The translations under genes and the position numbers were made by a program. A model generated the notes under the pieces. It was not told where the DNA came from. It searched no databases and saw only the letters and a program-made list of their open reading frames with translations. From an uncultured delta proteobacterium (GTDB lineage Bacteria; Desulfobacterota; Binatia; DP-6), in contig CAWESA010000010.1 in the NCBI GenBank assembly GCA_963811605.1, positions 1,165,066-1,229,065 of the forward strand: a DNA stretch of 64,000 nucleotides, given 5' to 3'. Positions 31,802 through 41,150 of the stretch are shown here, piece after piece. Positions within the stretch are counted from its first letter, which is position 1. Each line of letters starts with the position of its first letter.

Positions 31802-32617
31802 ATGATGAGGATGACGATGCTCGCGGCCGCCCTGGTCGCCTGTGCCTGGTCGGCGACGGCCCACGCCCAGCGCGGCGGCCCGCCCGCTTCGCCGTTCGCG
31901 TACGCGGTGTTCGGGCTCGGCGACGTGACGTTCAAGGACGGGGTGCGCGCCGTCGATGGTGACGTCGGATCCAACGCCGGGACGATGACGGTCGGCCAGA
32001 ACGTCCGCATCGCCGGCACGGTGGTGGGGCAGACCATCACGCTGCGCAAGGGAGCGCTGCCGGACGAGCTGTTCTGCCTGCTGCTGAAAGGCGCCCCATC
32101 CACCATGACGTGCCAGGCGGCGACCTTCCCGGTGGTGAGCGCCTCGCAGCTCCCAGCCGTCCAGGTGGTCCCGGGGACGACGGACCTTCGGGTGCCAAGA
32201 GGCGGCAGCACCTCGCCGATCCCCGCCGGTGCCTATGCCAACGTCCGCGTGGCCTCGCACGGCACGCTGGTCCTGGCGGGCGGCACCTACGTCTTCAGGT
32301 CGATCCGCGTCGGCGCGCGCGGACAGCTGCTGTGCGCGGCGGCCTGCCAGCTCGGCGTCGCCAACACCGTGCAGGTTCGGGCGAACGCCATCCTCGGCGG
32401 TACGAGCGGAACGCGCGCGGAGGCGGTCCGCGTGAACGTCGCCAGGACCTCCGGCAACACCGTCTTCTCGGCCAACAAGCGATCGAACGTGTCGGCCGTC
32501 GTGTACGCTCCCGGCGGTCGCATCGACCTGCGCGACCGCGGCACCTACGTCGGCGCCTTCGTGGGCGGACGGATCAAGGTCGGCCGGGGCGTCATCGTGC
32601 AGGCGCGACGGCCGTGA
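31802..32617 (+). CDS. secreted beta-helix-like protein (ice-binding-like / DUF3494-like?)
   Basis: GGAGGAGGAGG RBS, MMRMTMLAAALVACAWSATAHA signal peptide, and repeated short strands (GTYVFRSIRVGARGQL, VQVRANAILGG, VYAPGGRIDLRDRGTYVGAFVGGRIKVGRGVIV). Confidence 0.5.
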   Translation: MMRMTMLAAALVACAWSATAHAQRGGPPASPFAYAVFGLGDVTFKDGVRAVDGDVGSNAGTMTVGQNVRIAGTVVGQTITLRKGALPDELFCLLLKGAPSTMTCQAATFPVVSASQLPAVQVVPGTTDLRVPRGGSTSPIPAGAYANVRVASHGTLVLAGGTYVFRSIRVGARGQLLCAAACQLGVANTVQVRANAILGGTSGTRAEAVRVNVARTSGNTVFSANKRSNVSAVVYAPGGRIDLRDRGTYVGAFVGGRIKVGRGVIVQARRP

Positions 32618-32725
32618 CACCTGCGCGACGCGCCTGTGGCGCGTGCAGGCGCGTTCAATCGCGTTGAACGACGTTCCACGCTCCGGGCGTTCCCAGTCGC
32701 CGGTGCCGCGGAGCGAGCCGGGCGC

Positions 32726-34213
32726 CTACGGGAAGGCGGTGAACAGCGCCGCGACATCGGGCGTGCCCCAGCCGGTCGCGAGATCGTAGCCCGGCTTGGC
32801 GGGGAAGCCCTTCGCCTGGGTCGTGGTGCTCGAGCCCTCCACGATGTCGTGGAAGATCGCGGCGCCTCCGCTCGCCTGGGCCTTGCCGAGCTCGTACAGC
32901 GTCGGGTTGAGGAGGCCGGCTCGCGTGCCCTTCTGCTGATTCAGCATGGCGATCAGGCCGGCGAAGGACGGCGCCCCGGCGCTGGTGCCCGAGACGCAGC
33001 ACACGACGCCACCGTTCTGTCCGATGGGATAGACGGCCGACGCGGCCAGCGCGACGTCCGGCACCGTGCGCCGGTTGCTCTTGAGGCCCTTCTGCCAGCT
33101 CGGACGGCGCAGCCGGCTCCTGCCGCCGCCGCTGGCCAGCTTCCGGTCCTGCCACACGACCTCGTTGCCGTAGCCGGTGACATCGTCCGGCGACGGTGTG
33201 AACGGTGTCGTCCCTCCCACGCCGGTGACGAAGGGCGACTGCGCGAACTGGTCGACGCCCCGCTTCGGCTTCGGCATCGAGACCACCAGGGGGCCGAAGT
33301 CGCCGGAGGCAACCAGCACCGTCTGCCCCTGCGACGCGGCCTGCATGAAGAGCTTCAACGCCTGCCGGATGAGCGGCTTCGCGCTCTTCGACGGGATGAG
33401 CACGATGGACAGGCTCAGCACGGAGACGTCCGCGCGATTGACCAGGTACGTGATCGAGTCGAGCAGCGTGCCCTGGCTGATCGCCGACGTCACGGCCGCC
33501 CCCGGGGCCACCGCCCCGGACCACGTGACGTCGAGGGCGGCCTCGAGCAGATCCTGGTCGTCGACGTGGGAGCCCGGCGTCCCGATCTGCTCGAGATCGA
33601 GGGGCGGCAGGCCGAAGCGGGTACGAAACGCCGCGATGTCGTCGGGATCGACGGGCGCGGTCGAGACGATGCCGATGCGCTGTCCCGCCCCGTCGATTCC
33701 GGCCGCCCGCAGGGACGCGAAGTCGTAGAACGCCGCGTACTCGTCCGGCGTGAAGAAGAACGTTCCGGACGGATCGATGCTGTTCGGCTGCAGCGCCGAG
33801 GTATCGAGCTGGTGCCGGAGCTCGACGTGCTGCCGGAGGTCGACCACGTCGTCGACGATGGACGCAAGAGCCGCCGGGCGGATGCCGGGCTGGCCGCCGA
33901 CGCACTCGACCTGCTGCCGGCCGGCCGGCCGTTTGATGCGGCAGCCGCCGGCGCGAAGCCAGCGCTCGGCGCGCTTCAGATCGCGCGGAGCGGCGCCGAA
34001 GCGCCGCCCGAACTCCACCGGCGTCAGCCATTGCCGGTAGTCCGGGCTGGCCGGATCCTGCTGGGCGTCGATCAGCGCGCGCAACCCGCCGGGGTCCCTG
34101 CCACGCAGACCGACCAGCGTCCGCGCGCCAGGATCGGCGGCGGCCCGCGAGACCTGCACGAGTGCGACGAGAGCGAGGGATCCGGCCAGGAGCCGGAGCG
34201 AGCGAGCAAGCAT
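32726..34213 (-). CDS. S53 (sedolisin/kumamolisin-type) serine peptidase with pro-domain
   Basis: Signal peptide MLARSLRLLAGSLALVALV, pro-kumamolisin-like N-domain, and catalytic Ser in GTSAGAPSFAGLIAML; SGDFGP... Confidence 0.75.
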   Translation of the reverse strand: MLARSLRLLAGSLALVALVQVSRAAADPGARTLVGLRGRDPGGLRALIDAQQDPASPDYRQWLTPVEFGRRFGAAPRDLKRAERWLRAGGCRIKRPAGRQQVECVGGQPGIRPAALASIVDDVVDLRQHVELRHQLDTSALQPNSIDPSGTFFFTPDEYAAFYDFASLRAAGIDGAGQRIGIVSTAPVDPDDIAAFRTRFGLPPLDLEQIGTPGSHVDDQDLLEAALDVTWSGAVAPGAAVTSAISQGTLLDSITYLVNRADVSVLSLSIVLIPSKSAKPLIRQALKLFMQAASQGQTVLVASGDFGPLVVSMPKPKRGVDQFAQSPFVTGVGGTTPFTPSPDDVTGYGNEVVWQDRKLASGGGRSRLRRPSWQKGLKSNRRTVPDVALAASAVYPIGQNGGVVCCVSGTSAGAPSFAGLIAMLNQQKGTRAGLLNPTLYELGKAQASGGAAIFHDIVEGSSTTTQAKGFPAKPGYDLATGWGTPDVAALFTAFP

Positions 34214-34262
34214 CCCGGCAGGCGTACCCACCCGGCGGCGACGCGTCAAATTTCGCGCGACG

Positions 34263-34703
34263 TCAGGGCCGGCAGGTCCCCACCGCCCAGGTGCAGCCGG
34301 ACGGAAGCCGCCCGTCGCGCAGCTCGGCACACTGCGCCTTGCAATCGAACTCGCTCATCCCGTTCTTGCAGTCGGATCGGTCGTCGCCGGTCGGGAAGCA
34401 GCAGCATCCCACCCGGTTCTCGGCCTTCTCGCACGACTCCCCGAACCACCCGCCCAGCAGGGGCTTGGCGTCCTGCGCCTTCGAGGCCTCGACTGCCTTC
34501 TTCCAGTCGGCGAGCTTGGCGAACTCGGGCGCTGCCGGCTGCACCGCCAGGCAATCGGCCTGGCTCTTCGGGGCGCAGGCGTACGAGCCGCCGTATCCCA
34601 CGCAGCAGCATCCCTCGGCGGCCACCGCCCGCGTGTCCCGTGCGCCGGTCCACAGCACCGCCAAGATCGCGATCACGACGCCCGCTCTGGCCTGGCTGGT
34701 CAT
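34263..34703 (-). CDS. small Cys-rich secreted protein
   Basis: MTSQARAGVVIAILAVLWTGA signal peptide. 15 Cys including CCCVGYGGSYAC and CCCFPTGDDRSDC. Confidence 0.5.
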   Translation of the reverse strand: MTSQARAGVVIAILAVLWTGARDTRAVAAEGCCCVGYGGSYACAPKSQADCLAVQPAAPEFAKLADWKKAVEASKAQDAKPLLGGWFGESCEKAENRVGCCCFPTGDDRSDCKNGMSEFDCKAQCAELRDGRLPSGCTWAVGTCRP

Positions 34704-34797
34704 TGCGCGAAGCCCTCCCTCGGTTGGCGACACGTTGCCCACCGCCTGCCCGGCGACCACCGGCCGGGCAGGCCGCGGATCGGAGTGACGAAGGGTC

Positions 34798-35055
34798 CTA
34801 TGGCTTCGCGCCGCCCTTCATCGAGCGCCGCCATCGATCGGTGCAATCACGCACCGTCTCGACGTCGGTGTCGGTCTTCTTCGCGATCTCGTCGGCGCTG
34901 AGCCCGCCGCCCCCCTGGTCCAGCACGGCGACGACCTTCGCGCAGCCAGGCGGCATGGGCTGCGCAGCCCCGGTGGCGCCCGGCTCCTGGGCGGCTGCGC
35001 CGGCGGCAAACAGCGAGCACCCGATCAGCAGTCCCAACGTCGTTCGCATTCGCAT
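34798..35055 (-). CDS. small secreted protein
   Basis: Strong RBS GGGAGGA before the ATG; signal peptide MRMRTTLGLLIGCSLFAAGAAAQ. Confidence 0.45.
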   Translation of the reverse strand: MRMRTTLGLLIGCSLFAAGAAAQEPGATGAAQPMPPGCAKVVAVLDQGGGGLSADEIAKKTDTDVETVRDCTDRWRRSMKGGAKP

Positions 35056-35126
35056 GGGGTGTCCTCCCGATGGGTCGATGGGCCGTCCCTAGCAGATTGT
35101 CCGTCGGTTGACAGTCGGCGGGGCCG

Positions 35127-35720
35127 TCACCGCCGGAAGGACCAGCCCAGCATCAGGAGGCCGATGGCGGCGATCCAGCTCCCCGCAACCCGGACCGCCA
35201 CGCGCACCCACAGGGCGCGGATCGCGGTCACCTGACCGGCGAGAAGCGACACGAGCACGAAGAGCGCGGTCGTGACGCCGGCCGCGCCCAGCGGGCTGGC
35301 GCGCGCCGTCGCCAGCTCGATCCCGTTGACGCCGCCGGCGAGCAGGCCGAGCGCCACGGCGAATCCGACCACCAGCGGCAACGGGAGCGCCGCACCGGCG
35401 GCTACCATGCCCCCGAGCGCGATGGTGAGCACGGCCTCCGCCACGGGCGACGTCATCTGCTGGGCGACGAGCAGTCCGATCACGCTGCCCGTGAGCCACG
35501 CGGCGGGGAGTGCGAACAGCACGGCGCGGCCGAAGCGTGGGCCATGCAGGCCCGCGAGCAACGCCAGCGCGACGACGGGCAGCAGCTCCTGCGGCGTGAC
35601 GAAGAGGTGCGCCAGCCCGTCGTAGAACGGGCCGAAGCCGGTGCTCAGCAGGTGCGCGTGCGCCCGCGACGGGGCGGCGAAGCCGGCGGCGAGCGCGAGC
35701 AGCACGGCTGGCCGGCGCAT
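35127..35720 (-). CDS. HupE/UreJ-family membrane protein (diverged paralog)
   Basis: Signal peptide then HAHLLSTGFGPFYDGLAHLF (GF..G..H motif), six hydrophobic helices, 197 aa. Start 3 nt after the upstream HupE stop. Confidence 0.55.
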   Translation of the reverse strand: MRRPAVLLALAAGFAAPSRAHAHLLSTGFGPFYDGLAHLFVTPQELLPVVALALLAGLHGPRFGRAVLFALPAAWLTGSVIGLLVAQQMTSPVAEAVLTIALGGMVAAGAALPLPLVVGFAVALGLLAGGVNGIELATARASPLGAAGVTTALFVLVSLLAGQVTAIRALWVRVAVRVAGSWIAAIGLLMLGWSFRR

Positions 35721-35722
35721 GG

Positions 35723-36313
35723 TCACACGCCGGTCCTGCCGACGGCCCGCACGAGGAAGACCACACCCGCCAGCGCGACGCCCGCACCGGCCACCCGCAG
35801 CGCCATCCGCCCGATCGGCCAGCGATGCGCGAGGCCGAGGCCGATGCCCGTGGCGTGGATCGTTCCCGTCGCGATCACGAAGCCGATGCTGTAGAGGATC
35901 GCGTCCGCTCCCGGGGGCAGCTCGGTGCCATGGGCGTTGCCGTGGAAGACCGCGAAGAAGCCGACGATCAGCGCGGCGAGCCACAGCCCCGGGCGCGCCT
36001 CGATGGACACCGCAAGCCCGAGCGCGATGGCCGAGAGGGCGATCCCGACCTCGAGCCCCGGGAGGGTCACGCCCATGAGGCCCAGCATCCCGCCGAAGGC
36101 CATCACCATCGGGAAGGTGACGGGGAGGAGCCACATCGCCGGCGCCCCGAGCTGCGCTCCCCACAGCCCGACGGCGAGCATCGCGAGCACGTGATCGAGA
36201 CCCGACACGGGATGCAGCAGGCCGCTGGTGAAGCCGAGCGCCTCGCCACCGCGCGTGTGCGCCAGCGCGGGTGATCCGAGTGACAGCAGCACGAGCAACG
36301 CGAGGCGGGTCAT
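35723..36313 (-). CDS. HupE/UreJ-family Ni/Co transporter-like membrane protein
   Basis: AHTRGGEALGFTSGLLHPVSGLDHVLAMLAVGLWGAQ and FFAVFHGNAHGTE are canonical HupE/UreJ motifs. 196 aa. Start abuts the upstream stop. Confidence 0.75.
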   Translation of the reverse strand: MTRLALLVLLSLGSPALAHTRGGEALGFTSGLLHPVSGLDHVLAMLAVGLWGAQLGAPAMWLLPVTFPMVMAFGGMLGLMGVTLPGLEVGIALSAIALGLAVSIEARPGLWLAALIVGFFAVFHGNAHGTELPPGADAILYSIGFVIATGTIHATGIGLGLAHRWPIGRMALRVAGAGVALAGVVFLVRAVGRTGV

Positions 36314-37314
36314 CGCACCATGCCGAGGAGGAGCGCCGTCCGCTGGATGGTCCAGAACGCCCCCAGCGAGCCGACCGCGTACCCCGGCAGCAGCTCCACC
36401 CAGCGCGGCCACCTGATCTGTAGCTGGCGAAACGAGCGCTCGAGCAGGAGGATCAGGAGGATGAACGTGACCTGGCCGATCTCGACGCCGGCGTTGAAGC
36501 TCACGAGCGCGAGCGGCAGCTCGCTGCGCGGCAGCCCGGCGCTGGTCAGCGCGCCGGCGAAGCCGAAGCCGTGCAGCAGCCCGAAGAGGAAGGCGACGAT
36601 CCAGGGCTTGCGGATCGTCAGACTGGTCTCGCCCCGCCACGACCGCACGATCTCCGGCCCGAGGAAGAGGATGCTGAGCGCGATGGCGGCGTTCAGCGGG
36701 AGCAGCGGCGCGTTGGCGTAGCCGAGCGTCGCGATCGCGAGCGTGATGCTGTGAGCGATCGTGAACGCCGTCACGGTCTCGATCAGCATCCAGCGGTCCT
36801 TCACGATCAGCAGCAGCCCCAGCACGAAGAGGAGATGATCCACGCCGAAGGCGATGTGCTGGATGCCGTGCAGCAGGTAGGTGCCCGCGAGCGCCAGGCG
36901 CCCCTGGGACGCGGCGATCTCCACCCAGGGCTGGGACGGGGTGACCAGCGTGGTGGAGCTCCCGCCGTCGGCCGTCTCCACGCGGACGAGCACGTCCGTG
37001 ATGGTTCCCTGGAGCCCGACGAACTCGATGCGCTTCCCGGCGAGCCCGGCTTCGCCGGTGTCGATCGTGCGCCGCTCCACCAGCGAGTCCGTGAGCTCCT
37101 GCACGATCGGCTCGCCGACCTCGCGCACGCCCTCCGGGAGCCCGAGCACGACGGGGAGGCGCATGCCGGAGAGCACCGGCGTGCGCCACAGCAGGGTCCA
37201 GCGCGCCGGGCCGACTTCCCGGACCTCGAGCAAGGCGGGGCGCACCTCGTGCGCGCGAGCCGCGGGCGTCGCCGCGAGCACCCCGAGTGCCAGGGCGATC
37301 AGGATGCGGCTCAT
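36310..37314 (-). CDS. HupE/UreJ-like membrane protein with ~140-aa N-terminal periplasmic domain
   Basis: Signal peptide MSRILIALALGVLAATPAARA, soluble domain, then HGIQHIAFGVDHLLFVLGLLLIV and LLHGFGFAGAL matching the H-x4-G-x-DH and HG motifs of HupE. Confidence 0.6.
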   Translation of the reverse strand: MSRILIALALGVLAATPAARAHEVRPALLEVREVGPARWTLLWRTPVLSGMRLPVVLGLPEGVREVGEPIVQELTDSLVERRTIDTGEAGLAGKRIEFVGLQGTITDVLVRVETADGGSSTTLVTPSQPWVEIAASQGRLALAGTYLLHGIQHIAFGVDHLLFVLGLLLIVKDRWMLIETVTAFTIAHSITLAIATLGYANAPLLPLNAAIALSILFLGPEIVRSWRGETSLTIRKPWIVAFLFGLLHGFGFAGALTSAGLPRSELPLALVSFNAGVEIGQVTFILLILLLERSFRQLQIRWPRWVELLPGYAVGSLGAFWTIQRTALLLGMVR

Positions 37315-37340
37315 CGAACCGCCGCGGCCGCCGCTGCGCA

Positions 37341-38186
37341 TCAGAACGCGAACCCGACCGCCATCAGCGGGCCGCGCAGCTGCAGGGCGAGGTCGTTCCC
37401 GGCTCCGAAATCGTGATTGAACCCGACCACCCGGTAGCCCGCCTCGAGCCAGGGCTGGGTGCCCCAGGGGGACCAGTCGAACCAGTACCGGATGTCGCCG
37501 AGGAAGCTCCAGTTCAGCCGGGAGCCGCCGGGAAGGCCGCCCAGGTCGCCGCGGAAGTCGAACGAGAAGTGGTCGTCGACCGGGATCTCCCAGCGCAGAC
37601 CGAGCATGGGGGTGGCCGTCGTGAAGCTGCGCGAGACGCTGCGGCCGCCGCCCTGGATGCCGCCCACCACGCCCGCCGAGGCCTCGAGGTCGACCCCCAG
37701 GTGGACGATGCGGGTGCCGAGATAGACGCCGAGCGAGATCGGACGCCGCCATGCGGGAACGCGATACTCGACCAGCTCGTAGCCCACGGCGACGTCCGCG
37801 ATCACCGGCCTGAGCCGTGCCGTCGCCCCGACCTGCACGGTGCAGCAGAACCGGGTGGGAACGCGCTCGCTCGCGCTCGTGTCGAGGAAGCCACCATAGG
37901 CATCCGCGAACAAGCTCCAGCGATCGTACCGGGCCGCGAAGTAGCCGCCGAGCGTGAATGCGTCGCCGTGCCACAGCAGCGTCAGGACGTCGCCGATCGT
38001 GGTGTCGACCGTGGCGGTGCGTCCCTTCACCTCGATCGTGCCGAACGTCCCCGGCAGCCAGGCGTACGGCATGACCTCGAACTGCCAGCCGGGAGCCTGC
38101 TCCTCCTCCGCGGCGCGGGCTGGCGCGGCGGCCACGAGGATCGCGATTCCGAGCAGCATCGTGCGGATGGCCGAGGGCATCGTCAT
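37341..38186 (-). CDS. outer-membrane beta-barrel protein (hypothetical)
   Basis: Signal peptide MTMPSAIRTMLLGIAILVAAAPARA, alternating amphipathic strands, terminal aromatic ...LMAVGFAF. Confidence 0.6.
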   Translation of the reverse strand: MTMPSAIRTMLLGIAILVAAAPARAAEEEQAPGWQFEVMPYAWLPGTFGTIEVKGRTATVDTTIGDVLTLLWHGDAFTLGGYFAARYDRWSLFADAYGGFLDTSASERVPTRFCCTVQVGATARLRPVIADVAVGYELVEYRVPAWRRPISLGVYLGTRIVHLGVDLEASAGVVGGIQGGGRSVSRSFTTATPMLGLRWEIPVDDHFSFDFRGDLGGLPGGSRLNWSFLGDIRYWFDWSPWGTQPWLEAGYRVVGFNHDFGAGNDLALQLRGPLMAVGFAF

Positions 38187-38189
38187 TGC

Positions 38190-39020
38190 CTACTTCGGGA
38201 ACAGGAACTGCACCTGGAAGCGCAGCTGCCAGTCCGGGCCGAAGCTCGGGGTGAGCGCGTTGTAGTACGCCTGCAACGACGTGTTGACCGGCAGCTTGGC
38301 GAGATCGCCCAGCGCCTCACCTCCGGGCAGAGCGCCGAGCCGGAACGTCCTGCCGCCGCCGAGCCCGAGCGGGACGGTCCACTGGTCGCCCTTCGAGGCC
38401 GTCCAGTCGGCCGTCAAGATGGGAGCGGTCGTGGCGTACCATCCCTTGCCGAAGTTGTAGTTCACGAACGGCTGCATGAGCAGCAAGTTCACGTCGTGAT
38501 CGCTCCAGCCGGCGAACGACCACTGGTTGTTGACCAGCATGCCGACCACCCACGGGCCCTGCATGGTGAGCGCCACGGCGGACGGCCCGGCGCTCCACTT
38601 GCCGCTGCCCAGCTCCGTGCTGGTCGCGGTCGGGAACGTGAAGGTCGGTCCGGCGCCCCAGATGAACGTCTCGGAACCGACCGGTGACAGGAACAGCGTC
38701 GGGTTGATGTCGCCGAGGCCGAAGGCGTGGTCGATGCCTGGCGCCAGCGACGGCTGGTTGATGATGGGCATGATCGTCCGCGTGATGAGGTTCCAGCTGT
38801 CACCGAGCTTGATCGGGATGACCGGCTGGACGTTCAGGACCCACACCGTCCGGTTCTCCGGCCCGCTGTTGAAGTTGAAGTTGTTCTGGAACGGGACGCT
38901 GATGAGATCGGCGACGGGGTTCTGCGTCTGCTTCGCGAGGTCGGTGTCGCTGTCGTCTGCCCCCGCCGGCGCGACGAGCGCGAGCGCGACCAGGCCCACG
39001 GTAATCCAGGTTCTCCGCAT
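38190..39020 (-). CDS. outer-membrane transporter-like beta-barrel (MetA-pathway/PF13557-like)
   Basis: Signal peptide MRRTWITVGLVALALVAPAGA, NPVADLISVPFQNNFNF, C-terminal ...LRFQVQFLFPK. Start 4 nt from the downstream gene. Confidence 0.6.
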   Translation of the reverse strand: MRRTWITVGLVALALVAPAGADDSDTDLAKQTQNPVADLISVPFQNNFNFNSGPENRTVWVLNVQPVIPIKLGDSWNLITRTIMPIINQPSLAPGIDHAFGLGDINPTLFLSPVGSETFIWGAGPTFTFPTATSTELGSGKWSAGPSAVALTMQGPWVVGMLVNNQWSFAGWSDHDVNLLLMQPFVNYNFGKGWYATTAPILTADWTASKGDQWTVPLGLGGGRTFRLGALPGGEALGDLAKLPVNTSLQAYYNALTPSFGPDWQLRFQVQFLFPK

Positions 39021-39027
39021 CGGCCCC

Positions 39028-39870
39028 TCACGCCGCCGGACAGGAGCGCACGCAGCCGACGTACTGCTGCTCGCAGGCCGTCAACGCCGGCGCCTGTGCG
39101 CTCTCCGCGCCGGTGCGGCAGATGAACGCATTCGTTTGGCTGGTCTCGACGCAGTCCGCGAGCGCCGCGCTGCCGGCGGGATTGGACGCCTCGCACGCGG
39201 TGGCCGCCGCGCGCCGCTCGGCGTCGCACATCGCGAATGCCACCACGAGCGCGGAACGCACCGGCGCATTGCAGGTCGTGCGATCCGCGCGGCAGGTCTC
39301 GGTGCAGCCGGAGTCCTTGTTGCGGCACCCGCTCGTATCGGCGTTGGCGATCCGGTTGCACGCCGCGTATGCCGAGGATCGCGTGCGGCGCGCCTGGATC
39401 TCGCACAGCCGCGCGCCCGCCGGCGGCTCGCCGGGGCCGCAGCGCTCCGTGCACGCGTCGAACTCGGCACGGCACGCGCGCAGCTCGGGGGCGGTCTGCC
39501 CGCGGACGCGGTTTCGGCACTGGAACCCCGCGACGCGGGCGTCGTCGATGCAGTGCACCCGCTGCTTCTTCTCGGTCGGGAACTGCCTGGCGCAGCCGGC
39601 GATCGCCAGCTGCTGCTGGCCGAGGCACGCGGCGACCGCCGGCCCGGCGCCGGTCGCGGCGTCGCAGTCGTTCTCCAGGGTCGCACACGCCTCGACACAT
39701 GCCGGGTCGCGATCGCGGCACAGCTGGCGGTCGAGCGCGAAGCCGTCGCGGGCGGCGCGGCGGCATTCCACGTAGTCGGTGCGCGCGGCCTCGAGGCACG
39801 GGTCGCTGCACACCCGGGCGAGTGCCAGCGGTGTCCCCAGGACGGCGAGCAGGAGCGCGAGGACACGCAT
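39028..39870 (-). CDS. Cys-rich secreted protein with internal repeats
   Basis: MRVLALLLAVLGTPLALA signal peptide. About 30 Cys in repeated C-x(n)-C-x3-C modules (CRDRDPACVEACATLENDCDA..., CRAEFDACTERCG..., CRNKDSGCTETCRADRTTC...). Confidence 0.55.
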   Translation of the reverse strand: MRVLALLLAVLGTPLALARVCSDPCLEAARTDYVECRRAARDGFALDRQLCRDRDPACVEACATLENDCDAATGAGPAVAACLGQQQLAIAGCARQFPTEKKQRVHCIDDARVAGFQCRNRVRGQTAPELRACRAEFDACTERCGPGEPPAGARLCEIQARRTRSSAYAACNRIANADTSGCRNKDSGCTETCRADRTTCNAPVRSALVVAFAMCDAERRAAATACEASNPAGSAALADCVETSQTNAFICRTGAESAQAPALTACEQQYVGCVRSCPAA

Positions 39871-39892
39871 GGAGCCGGGCGACGAGACGCAG

Positions 39893-40240
39893 CTAGCGCT
39901 GTGGCTGGAACCTGTCCCGGGGGTCCGCCGCGAAGCAGGTCGACGTCCCCTCCTGGCACAGGACGACGTACGTCGTGCGCTGGTTGCAGCCCGCGACACC
40001 CACCGTGTACTCGACCCGGTTGAGGCCCATCACGAACGGTCCCTGGATGGCGGGCTGGATGTAGTCCTGCGACAGCACGGTCCCGGTCGCCGACGGACAG
40101 TTGAGATCGAATCGGCCGCGCTCCAGCGCCGCCTGGATGGCGGCGGGCTGCCGGCTGGCGAGCTGCTGCGATTGCGTCGCGCAGCCCGCCACGATAGCCG
40201 CCGCGACACCGAATGCCGCCACGTCCCATGATTTCACCAT
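39893..40240 (-). CDS. small lipoprotein
   Basis: AGGAGGG RBS; lipobox AAAIVAGC; 115 aa with 4 further Cys. Confidence 0.55.
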   Translation of the reverse strand: MVKSWDVAAFGVAAAIVAGCATQSQQLASRQPAAIQAALERGRFDLNCPSATGTVLSQDYIQPAIQGPFVMGLNRVEYTVGVAGCNQRTTYVVLCQEGTSTCFAADPRDRFQPQR

Positions 40241-40415
40241 CCCCGGGTTCCCTCCTGAGAGCCCCAGCGATAGCCCGGGCTCGCGGGGACGTCTTGCCAT
40301 CTTGCGCCAGCCCCACGCAACGTCGCCATCGTGCACGCCGGCGTTACCCGGCAAGACTCGCACCGCAGCGAGCCGTCGCCTTGCGCGCAGGTTCGTGGGC
40401 CACGTAGGAGGCGGC

Positions 40416-41150
40416 ATGCACAGCAGCCACCACGGGGGCCGCGCCCAGCGCGACGGCTCGCTCGAGCTCGTGCTGACGGGCAAGCGGCTGCCGAAGTTCG
40501 GCCTCCTGCTCGGTGCCATGCTGGCGGAGCTCACGCTCTCGCCCTTCATCGCGATGATCCCCGGCGGGATCGTCGTCGTGCAGGGACTCACCACGCTCGT
40601 CCTCCTGGCGGCGCTGGCGGTCGCGGGTCCGCATCGCATCGCCGTCGTGCTCTTCACCGTCGCGCTCCTCTTTCACGTGGTGGCGAGCGTCGCGGAGGGC
40701 TCGTCACTGGCGACGATATCGCCCGCGTTCCGCCTCGCATTCCTCTGCTACGTGGTCTGGCTCGTCGTCCGGCGCGTGCTCGCCGATCGCGCCGTGACGC
40801 TGGACACCGTCGCCGGCGCGGCGTGCGCCTACATGCTCCTCGGGCTGGTGTGGGGGGAGCTCTTCCTGCTGATCGAGCGGCTACGGCCGGGCTCGCTGCA
40901 CGTGCCCGCCACCTGGATCGAAGGTCCGGGTCGAACGCTGCGAACGACGCTCGTGTATTTCAGCTTCGCCACCCTGACGACGCTCGGGTACGGCGAGATC
41001 CACCCGACCGACGCCGTGGGGGGCAGCATCTGTGCCGCGGAGGCTCTGGTCGGCCAGCTCTACCTGGCGATCATGATCGCCCGCATGGTCGGACTGCACA
41101 CCGCGCGGCAGACGACGGACGACGGCCCCGCTCCCGGCCAGGCGCCATGA
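40416..41150 (+). CDS. K+ channel-like membrane protein (Ion_trans_2 pore, TLGYG filter)
   Basis: AGGAGG RBS, ATG. Four N-terminal TM helices, a pore helix and selectivity filter FATLTTLGYGEI, and an inner helix. No cytoplasmic gating domain. Confidence 0.7.
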   Translation: MHSSHHGGRAQRDGSLELVLTGKRLPKFGLLLGAMLAELTLSPFIAMIPGGIVVVQGLTTLVLLAALAVAGPHRIAVVLFTVALLFHVVASVAEGSSLATISPAFRLAFLCYVVWLVVRRVLADRAVTLDTVAGAACAYMLLGLVWGELFLLIERLRPGSLHVPATWIEGPGRTLRTTLVYFSFATLTTLGYGEIHPTDAVGGSICAAEALVGQLYLAIMIARMVGLHTARQTTDDGPAPGQAP

